DNA of 64,000 nt from Octopus vulgaris (taxonomy: Eukaryota), in the NCBI GenBank assembly GCA_951406725.2, contig OX597822.1, positions 58,652,001 through 58,716,000 of the forward strand. Direction: 5' to 3'. This document shows positions 54,350 to 64,000 of the stretch, in pieces (positions within the stretch are counted from its first letter, which is position 1; each line of letters begins with the position of its first letter). The position numbers and the translations under genes were made by a program. Below the pieces are notes generated by a model. That model did not search any database. It was given only the letters and a program-made list of their open reading frames with translations, and had not been told where the DNA came from.

Positions 54350-54800
54350 ATACACGCGGGAAACGTTGTAGACGGAAATGGCGCGATAAACCATCGTGTG
54401 TGTGTGTGTGTGTGTAGCTCTTATGTCTTACATGTTGAGTCGAACAATGCTTTAATGTCCTAATTTGAGACATTTAGACAATGAAATTATGCCGACTTAA
54501 CCGTTTCAATAAAATATATACAAAATGAAATCTTTTAGTCGATATACTTTTAGTGGAGGTGCTCCAGTATGTCAGCAAAATATATAGCTTGAAAAGTATG
54601 ACGAAGAAAGCAGCCTCGACAAAGAAGAATAGTTTCGCGGGCTTATACGGAGAGGAAGAAAAAGGAAAACGAACTCCGTACGCTGATTGGTTGCTGCTTT
54701 CCCGCCATTTCAACTGCAACAACGTTGAAGAGGCGGAGTTAGAGAACGGGGCGATAATTTAGAATATCGTATGTGAATTTGAGACGTCATGATTACGTAA
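54350..54800 (-). promoter_or_regulatory. CpG-rich promoter with E2F, CCAAT, GC-box, YY1/ETS and CRE motifs
   Basis: TTTCCCGCC 54698-54706, TTTCGCGGG 54633-54641, GCGGGAAA 54356-54363, CTGATTGGTT 54683-54692, GGCGGAGT 54732-54739, CGGAAATGGCG 54373-54383, GACGTCA 54783-54789; minus-strand donor CAT|GTAAGA at 54431. Confidence 0.65.
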
Positions 54801-56467
54801 GGAAAAACATTACCTTACATGTTAAACGTCTTTGTTATATAGTTTAGCCCGAAGTTATTACCCTACCTTTTGTTTAAAAAAAAGGCATTCCAGCTAGGAC
54901 ACCAGCGTTTTTTGTTTTTTGCTGGCGAACTCCTTTTTCTTTTTGAGACAGTACAATGTAGATATGAAAAAGACTCAGCGATCACTTAGCTTGTCGGGTA
55001 ACCACGTTTGGTTACCTAGTTTGGGATAATCTTTGTATTTCTGTCTAGTTCAAACCTAACTCGCACGCACACACACAGAGACTCCAAACAAGGAAGAAGA
55101 GGTAAGGGTAGCAGTATGGAGCAAGGAGGTAAATAATATCTGTAGTAGAGGTACATTAATGTATTTAACGAAAATAGCGGTGAAGGAAACGAGCTACCTT
55201 TCTACTTATTTCCAATTTAAATGTTTTAATTCGCATACTCCAAGAATGCCATAAAGTAAAGGAACGCGTATCACATACAGGGCCCCAGATAAGGCAAACT
55301 GAATCTTAAACGTACAAGCTTAAAAGACTGAACCTCCTCGACTCCTACCCATTGTCTGAACTGACCAGCCATTTACGACAGACAGTGGGGACTAAGAGAT
55401 TAAAAATTTACTTTCCTGCCAAATCAGGCAACCATATTAAATATAATTTATTTTTATTTATTAATTTGATCCTGAATAGCAAAATAAGCAAGTCAGTCAT
55501 GGCAAGATTAAAAAAAATGAAAAGACTACACTGAATAAATTTGGCAACAGAAAAAGCTTAATGGACCTTGCCTTTCATCCTTTCGGGGTCAATTAAATAA
55601 GTACCAGTTACGCACTGGGATCGATGTAATTGACTTAATCCGTGTCTGTCTTTGTTTGTCCCCTCTGTGTTTAGCCCCTTGTGGGCAGTAAAGAAATAAG
55701 AAAAAGCTTAATGGACCTCAACTGTCACATCGATCCCAGAGGGGTTATTTGAATTCAGAACGTGAAGAGCCGGAAGAAATACCGATTGTTTAGCAACATA
55801 GCCAGCATTTGTTAGTGGTAGTGGGCAGGGGTGGGGACAGCAAATTACATCGATTCACTACTTGACTGGTAGTTTGTTAAATCGGTCTCGAATGGAGGAA
55901 AGGCAAAGTTGACCTCTGCAGGATTTGAATGCAAAGCGTTATGAGCCGGGAACAAAAGCCAATCATGTACCCCTCGCCCACATGCAAAAACAATTCAGCG
56001 AACTCGCCGCCCTCCTTTTGAACAGCAAATCTGACCTCGGCGAGATTTGAACGAAGAATGTAAACAGCAGGGAAAATTGCTGCAACGCATTGCCCCAACA
56101 ATCTGACTGACAACTGCCGGCTCGCTTCCTTCCTCCTCCCAAGTATTTCTGACATGGGCTCAAGGGGAAAGGGGAGTAAGTCTACATTTGACTGGTACTG
56201 CTCTATTTGACCCCGGAGGGATAAACGGCAAAGTTGATCTTGGCGGGATTTGAAATCAAAACGTAAAGAGTCGCAAGAAATACAAGGGTGATTCGCTAAC
56301 GAGTCTGTCGAGCCACCCTCCTTACAGTAAATAATAAAGGCCCGATTTCCTGGAGAGAGAGAGAGAGAGAGGGAGAGAGAGAGAGAGAGATTGGTTAGTC
56401 GATTAAATCGACCCAGTATTTTGGGCAATGCCTTATCGACCCCAAAAACATGAAAGATAAAATGTAC

Positions 56468-56881
56468 CTGTTAGCGTTGCTGTGAAAGAATAATCTGTTC
56501 CGTTTTCCATAGATTGTATCCGCGCCTTTAGCCTCCGCCGGTGATCTGCCAAATTCTGTTTCTCGATCAGAAGTTCCTGCTCATGGAGCTTACAGTCCTC
56601 AATAGCAACAATTGCTTCATCGACTATTTTTTTTGTCGACGCTTTTGGATCATCGCGAATTTTTTCAACAGAGTCTTTTAAATGTGCCAGACGCACAGAC
56701 ATGGCAGCACGGCGCCTTCGTTCCAGTTCGTTATGAATTTTCTTCTCTTCGTCTGTCATGCATTTACGTTTCTTTCTCTCTGTTACGGCTGTTGATGTGC
56801 TACTACTACAACTGGTGTTTGTATGATTTGTGTGGGACAGTCTCACCATTGAGTCTTCGAGTGTTTCTGGAGAAATGATAG
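56468..56881 (-). CDS. bHLH-leucine zipper exon of a Myc/Max/Mxd-network-like transcription factor
   Basis: Acceptor tccttttag|, donor CAG|gtacat. Encodes KKIHNELERRRRAAMSVRLAHLKDSV..DPKASTKKIVDEAIVAI..EQELLIEKQNLADHRRRLKARIQSM with the H-E-R basic triad and L-L-L-M heptads. Confidence 0.88.
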
Positions 56882-58418
56882 CTAAAAGGAATTGAAATGA
56901 TAGAAAAAAGACCGTTTTATTTTACTTCATAAAGAAAAGTGATATGCAACATAGAATCTTTTGAAATAGTAAATTTACCAAGCCAAAGCAGACGGGAATT
57001 GAACCTACAACAATGGGATATTTTTGCACAGATTTCAATCTGCGGCCATGCCGGAGCACTGCCTATTCAGCTATAATCGATTACGCTCGAAGGGGTACGT
57101 ATTTTATCGATCGATCTTGTTAGGATGAACTAGCCCGGAATTTTAATACTGAGAACGTATAGGAGCAATATATAACCAAAAGTTTTAAAATGTATTGTCT
57201 CACATTTATCGTGTTTTTAAAAACTGTAATCGACCATAAAAGGAGATAAACTCAATCTTCGACGATCAAATACAAGGTTAATATATACACTTCGACGTAC
57301 TTCTGTTTGGGCAGCCAGGGAATAAGCCTCTATGTAGTCACTTGACCCACTAGAGATAGCACCCCCCCCCCCCCCATAACACCTCTACCGTCTTAGATAA
57401 TGTTGTCCTAACCCTAGATAAACTAAGACGATCTGCTCGATTAGAGCCATCCTAGGTTTAAACTACTACTTGGGTAGAAACCTGAAAATTTTAAGGGAAT
57501 GCAGACGGAATTGGTGATCTACGTAGAGCTAACTGGTTTTAATCGAAACCTACATAGAATCGAATTGTATGATCAGATAATTACTACAGTATTGATCCAC
57601 AAAAACACAAGCAAATGACCTGTTATATTTTATGAATTTAATAAGGAAGTAATTAAACAAAGAAACTCATTTACTGACAATATGACATGGACGCAAGGAG
57701 TGCAATTTATATAATTGTATCAGGCATACAAAAAACCCAATGTTTTATAGAAACAATAAAAAAAACCTAAAAACTATTTACTGAAAATTTCCTTACTGTT
57801 TTCATGAATTCAATTTACTGCAATAAAAATGCTTGTTTATTACGTACTCCGGCAAGTACTTGTAGGAGAAATACCTTTATTTAACTAATATCTTATACTA
57901 CATAACTAGTGTTTAATAAATACAATATATTTTCCCTAAGTTATAGAAAATATTTTATTTGGGGAAGGAACCCCGATGATCAAAGCAACACTCAATTCCT
58001 AACATCATTTAATCGATGGTTGATCAAAAGAGTCGGCAAGGGGGAGGAGATGAAAAAAGCATTACGGTATTTGTACTCGGTGTTTACATTCATACCTAGC
58101 TTTCAACCCTCCGGTGTCGATAAAATAAAAGTACCAATATCGACTTTTACCATCCCCTAACTATTTTAGGGCCTTGTGTTTATATTAAATATTTTATCTA
58201 TTCTTGTGCCAATATAGGGACAAATCTCTGTTTGTTGCAATAAACGCTAAATATCACGACTCCTTTATCTAAAAAGGGTCGAAAGTATTGCGGTTGATCA
58301 AGTTGATGGCAGGAGCGGGTCGATAGGTCGGTTGTAGTGGTTGTTCAGCTCCTAACTATAACTAAAAATGATCGAGCAGACTTATGGATCAAAAAGTATT
58401 TCAGTCATTAACACCGTC

Positions 58419-58468
<50 letters not shown>

Positions 58469-61400
58469 ACTGCATCAAGACTGATTTAAGATGGTAGAAA
58501 GGAATTTAGCTGCTATTTCTTAAAAATCGAAGGCGTATAAGAGGCTCCCTCTAACTTTGAGGTTCAAAATTAAAGGCACCGATAAACTTTCAAACTAAAC
58601 TTTCTAAAAATTTCCACTGTCTTATATTTTTTTATGCGAACACAATAAATAAGTTTGTTTTAACGATAACGCTGAAACATTCAGTGAAAAAAAAGTCTGA
58701 TTAATTATGAAATAACGACGAAAATACAACTGTTGCATTGAAAAACATTTATTGACACAAGACCACAAGCATGCAACGGGTGAGGGAGATATAGAATATA
58801 GTTGATCTTTATTTATTCAGTATTCAACACCTAGGGGGATATTTTTTCATTAAATCTGGAAGGAACTAGTGACCATATTCTGCGCAAACCCTCCGATAGC
58901 GATGAATCTAATTCCCTGGCAGGAATTGTAATTAAACTGAGAGCCTGAAATTATTTCACTAAATTGGAAACTATGCCCGTGAATTTATTACACGTATCAA
59001 TCAGAATGTCAAAAGTCTTTTAGGGCGAATTTTCAGAAGAGGTGTTTGCTTTTTAATATTTGACACTAATTAACATAGTACAAATTGAAGATTAAACTTC
59101 TTAACACATTAGCTGACATATACATATTAACTCACGTCAAACTACAAAACAAGTTATTAACTGATAAAAGGAAACGTCTCGCATCCCTTTTAACTGGGCA
59201 ACACCTCAGCCCTATTCATCTCCTGTATTAAAAAAAAGGACTAAATTCTATTTAGTATATAAAACATTAGAGGGACCTTAAGCTAATTTTTTTTAACTGT
59301 TGTCTTGGGAGATACTCTGCGAAAGACTTTTTAGAGAATGTTTTTTTTTTTTTTATCAGCAAAGACGTTATACAAAAGTCACCCCACTCGCCATCTCAAC
59401 AACCCAGTTTAAGTGACTATTTTCGTGTAAGGTACAACCTATCACTTTCACTTATCTATCCTTTTAAAGATCATACTTGTTAGAGAAACAGATGGAAGCG
59501 AGGGGGAGGGAGACAGTTGAAATGTGAATTAGGATGCTTGACATTGTATATTCAACTCACAGAAAGAAGTGCATATAAAAAGAGATAAGAGAATTGATAG
59601 TCACTTTAGAAAGAAAGAGGGAATGAATTTGGTGTAGACGGTAAGAAAATCAGACTAAGGTTGCTTTTCTAGTTCGACTTTGCCAGAATCAAAGACAAAG
59701 TAAGCCACCAGTCATATGACGAGATCCAATCATCACATTTTATTAAAAATAAAGAGACTGTGCTTCATAAAGAACTCTCTCAGCTGTGAGAAACGATGAA
59801 GCTAAGAGGTAAATTCTCTGCAAATAGATACAGCGACCTGGTTTCGTTTCCACTGGGAATAGCAGCAACAAACGGCGTGTATGCCCATAGGAGAATAATG
59901 TTTTCAGCTAAAAATAAACCTCTCCTTGGTTTTCGATAAATCTGAGTCTACATTTATAGATATGGAATGAAGAAAAATAAAGTTTTATCTAGCTACTATG
60001 AGATCGTAGGGGGGTATAAGGGACAGTTTCAAAAGTAAGTCGCTATAGTATCTCTACAAAGACAAACTAACACAATTAAACTTTGTTAGTTCTGCTATAA
60101 CACTTTGTTTTTATCGTCTGAATAAAAATTGCTTATTTGTCAGGATACAACCAGGGAATGAGGGACAGAGTTGTTTGAATTAATGTCACTGGTATTTATT
60201 TATTTTACTGGTAACGATCGAAGAAGTTTGACCCATCGTCTCTCAAGTTTAAATAAAAACGAACGAGGGATTGGTTACAAAATGCATAGACAAAAGGTTG
60301 GCTGGTTAGAAGTATTAGAGCTTCGTTCGTTGCTATGGCGTTTGAAATGACTGGGTTACGTATAAAAAAAAAAAGAGAAGAGAGTAACTTAGTTACCCCG
60401 GCAGTTTTTTCACCATGCTGATGTGTGTAAGTGTAAGTGTGTGTGTGTTGTCATGCCGGTTGTCAAAAATCATGAGGTGGAAGGAAAGTGTGTCTTCAAT
60501 ACGGTTCGTGTGGGAATCCCAAGACTAGTTTCCTTAGTATTCTTTTTCTTTCTTTTAACTTTAACAAAGTGTAACCTAAACGTATAAATAAACTTATACA
60601 AAGCAAAAATGCTCTGTGGTAAAATTTGTCCAAATCTACAAAGAACTGGTATGGTAAGACTGACTGGTCGTAAAAGTTAACCATTATGAACAAAATACAT
60701 TCATAAATATACGCTTACAAGCATTAGTTATCAATGGAGTGTTTGCTTTCCCCACCACTATTGTATGTTTAAACGAGCTAACGAGGAAGCCTCTACATGA
60801 CCATTCAACCTGCTAGAAATAACAGCCAAATTCCTTATACCCTACCGTTTTAAAAATGGGACGTACTCCCTCATCCCATACCCATTATGGCATTTGCTAA
60901 TCAGGGTTGACCTCAGCGTACTTTAGGGTACAAAGAAAGTAAGCTTTGAGAACAAAAGGAAAACGCTATTTGTTGACAGAAAGAGAGACAAAAAACTGAA
61001 TAATGTCCAGAGTGAAGAGTTTATTCGAACCCCTAATTTTTGAATAGTGTAAGTATAAATTAATGTGAAAGAAGAGGCTACATGTTCCGGTGGTGGGGTA
61101 AGTGTATAAGTGTATGCTGTTATCTAACTTACAACTGATAAATTATTGTTTAGCCCATGGTAGCTCTGATTGAGCAGATCTATGAACAAGAACCTTCTGG
61201 GTAGTGTAATTATCTGAATATATATATATTTGACTAATATATTATTTGTTCTAATTTAGTAACTGACTCCACCAGATTCTTGTACAAGAATCGAAACGAG
61301 AAACCCTACATCTAACAGAAGTGGAGTCTCGCTGCTATATTGACTATTCTTGTTAAATATATGTTTTTTTATACAAGTTTCAAGCATTAATTCAGTGACG

Positions 61401-61618
61401 TTCATGTTTGTATTGTAATTTGTAATTTTTTAAAATTAAGTTTACAGTCGTAATATAGAAGATCGTCGCCGGTCAAGCGATTACATAGAGACTACCTTGT
61501 TAATTAATATGTATTGAATAGAAATAACAAAGTTATGGTAAGGAGTAATTAATTTTAGTAACGAAGAAGGGTTTGATTAGAAACGGAACAAAAAAAAACA
61601 AACAAAAAGGAATCTTAC

Positions 61619-62288
61619 CATTTCTTTTCCCTTTCTGTATTCGTCGGTCGAGGTTTTTCTTTGGAGGTCGACCTCTCTTCCCCTTTTCCTTAGGCTGGGG
61701 TTTGTTTGGGGTCTGTTCAACTGGAACTTGAAGATTTGATTTACTTAGTAAAGTCCGAAAATCAAAAGAATTCTCAGATGTGTTTAATCCGAGTGGTGAA
61801 TCTGGTTGTGTTGACAATGGGGAACCGACAGAAGAGTGTTGGGACCAGGGTGAGGGTGGTGCTGAAGTTTGTGAAGAGAAGAATTCTCGTGATGAAGATG
61901 ATGGCGATGGTGTCTGTTGTTCGTCTTGACCAGTTGCCAAGAAATCCGACTCATAATTGGTGTGCGTGGGTGAAGGGTTCGCAGATGATAAGTTAGGATT
62001 AGGATTACGAGTCGATCTGCTATTGCGGTCTGTGTTTTCGCTGTTGTGATTGTCAATACGATTAGCAACAAGAAAGTCGGGGTCTGCAAATAACATTTCA
62101 AAATTATCGAAGTTGAAATCACTGAAAGGATCCGACGACGATAGCCATTCGTCGTTGACAGAACTTAACTCCAGAGACTGTGACATGAATTCGAACTCTT
62201 CTAGTGTAGGATCATTATGAAGTAAAGGCCACGTAGAGGGGTCAATAAAATCTGCTGCTATTTCACTCATACTTTTTCTATCGTTCAT
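61619..62288 (-). CDS. First coding exon of the same gene: acidic/aromatic N-terminus, Ser/Pro-rich region, AT-hook (KRGRPPKK)
   Basis: CAAA-ATG context; 223 open codons of non-repeat sequence; donor ATG|gtaaga in phase 1 joins in frame (G|CT) to the exon at 56881. Confidence 0.85.
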
Positions 62289-62599
62289 TTTGTGCGTTTA
62301 TATATATAGTCCTTTTAACTAAATAAAGTTTACGCGTGATATGTTCAATGTATTTTGCACGTTAATTTTTCGCCTCAAAGTAAGCCAGATTTTAAAATAT
62401 GTGTGCATGTATATAATATATATATATAAATATAATTATATATATATTTATATATATATATATATATGTACAAACACAAAAAAATTCAGACGTTTACAAA
62501 AAAAACGTTGCAATTCAAACTGATGTGTGTAATTCCAGTGTAAGATCTTTGGTGTTAAAATACAACCCCAGTTAAAAAAAAAACAGCCGGCTTTGAAGC

Positions 62600-62730
62600 A
62601 AGCAACTGGCGGTACACGTTAAACATGAAAATACTACGAGTTTCACGCCGACAGAAACATATATTTGTGGAAAGACCCGCCTTGATAGGCGGAGCTTAAA
62701 TTAAGCAGTTGACCAATCGGTGAAGAGATC
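62600..62730 (-). promoter_or_regulatory. Candidate promoter of the bHLH-ZIP gene
   Basis: CCCGCC and GGCGGAGC GC boxes and a GACCAATC box about 400 bp upstream of the ATG. Confidence 0.5.
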
Positions 62731-63139
62731 GAGGTAAGCTGTATTTTATGAATTGAAATCTTTTGTCAGAAATGTTATTGTCGTTTTTTCTCTCTACTGG
62801 ACGTGTGTGCTTGTTTATGTATGTCTGTGTACGTTGTTTATGCGTCTATATACATGCATGTATGTTTGTCCATGTGTGTTAGTATGTATGTATGTGTTTG
62901 TGTGAAAGTTTATGTGTATCTACATATACGCATGTTTATGTATGTACGTGTGTGTGTGTGTGTGTGTCTATTTTTGTTTACAATGTATATATATATATAT
63001 ATATGCATGTTTATAAGTATTTGTAAGTTTGTGTGTATGTATGTGTGTGCGTAGGCGCACGCATTCGTGTGTCTATGTGTTCGATTATGTATACAATTGC
63101 GTGTGTGTGTGTGTGTGTGTGCACGCGCATTGATTTATT

Positions 63140-63493
63140 ATTCTTTTACTTGTTTCAGTCATTTGACTGCGGCCATGCTGGAGCATCACCTTTAGTCGAG
63201 CAAATCGACCCCAGGACTTATTCTTTATAAACCTTGTACTTATTCTATCGGTGTCTTTGCCGAGACGGGGATACAAACACACCAGCATCGGTTGTCAAGC
63301 GATGTGGGGGGGGGGGGGGGGACAAACACACACACACATATACATACACATATATACGACGGGCTTCTTTCAGTTTCCGTCTACCAAATCCACTCACAAG
63401 GCTTTGGTCGGCCCGAGGCTATAGTAGAAGACACTTGCCCAAGGCGCCACGCAGTGGGACTGAACCCGGCACCACACAGCCACTCCTGCGCCT
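63140..63493 (-). mobile_element. SINE family A
   Basis: Matches other copies. Confidence 0.88.
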
Positions 63494-63900
63494 AAGTATT
63501 TTAGTGTGAGTGTGTGCATGTATTTGTGTGTGTGCATGTATGTGTGTGTGTGTGTGTACGCGCAATTAAATTTGTAAATGTGCATATGCATACTAGGCGG
63601 CGAGCTGGCAGAACAGTTAGCATGCAGGGCAAAATAATTAGCGACGTTTCGTCCGTCTTTGTGCTCTGAGTTCAAATTACCGCCGAGGTCAATTTTGCCT
63701 TTCGTCCTTTCTGGGTCGATAAAATATGTACCAGTCAATCGACTTAAGTCCTCGCCAAAACTGCTGGGCTTGTACCAAAATTTGATACCTATTTATATCT
63801 TTTCTCTTTCGCTTGTTTCAGTCATTTTACTGCGGCCATGCTGGGGCACCACACTGAAGGGAACAAATCAACTGCAGGACTTGTTTTTTTTTTTTTGGTA

Positions 63901-64000
63901 CTATTTAAGAAGAGTGGTCCCGGTGCGCGCACTCGCGTACTCACGCATCCGCATTAGCTAGTCGTGACTAGTCGATCCTACTAGTCGTGACTAGTCGATC
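63901..64000. repeat. CpG-rich insert with palindromic 23-bp period repeat, truncated by the window edge
   Basis: CTAGTCGTGACTAGTCGATC at 63958-63977 and 63981-64000; interrupts a SINE A fragment. Confidence 0.6.

Noticed and set aside
56433-56849. Assigning the symbol myc
   Set aside because: No Myc boxes and mixed Mxd/MGA signatures; orthology needs a phylogeny.

Overview
AT-rich, microsatellite- and SINE-dense animal genomic DNA. The repeat families and the (TA)n/(CA)n/(GATA)n load look like an octopus or other coleoid cephalopod; this is inferred from memory, not from a search. Most ORFs in the track are artefacts of simple repeats or SINEs. Supported content: (1) a minus-strand spliced gene (exons 62288-61619, 56881-56468 and probably 49057-49011, about 376 aa) encoding an acidic N-terminus, an AT-hook and a divergent Myc/Mxd/MGA-type bHLH-ZIP with no recognisable Myc boxes; (2) an E2F/CCAAT/GC-box promoter at about 54.35-54.8 kb heading a CpG-depleted ~5.5 kb domain, suggesting a nested transcription unit; (3) an intron-containing tRNA-Lys(UUU) gene or pseudogene in a tandem-array remnant; (4) a chain of frame-compatible micro-exons (28.9, 19.2, 17.3, 16.7 kb) of an unidentified minus-strand gene that leaves the window on the left; (5) a minimal hammerhead ribozyme inside a TSD-flanked inverted repeat, plus decayed relatives; (6) transposon relics: Tx1/L1, Penelope-like (with a 121-aa spacer inside GIY-YIG), R4/Dong-like, CR1/L2-like, mariner, Tigger/pogo, Helitron, HINE, hAT and TTAA MITEs, and several SINE families with nested insertions.
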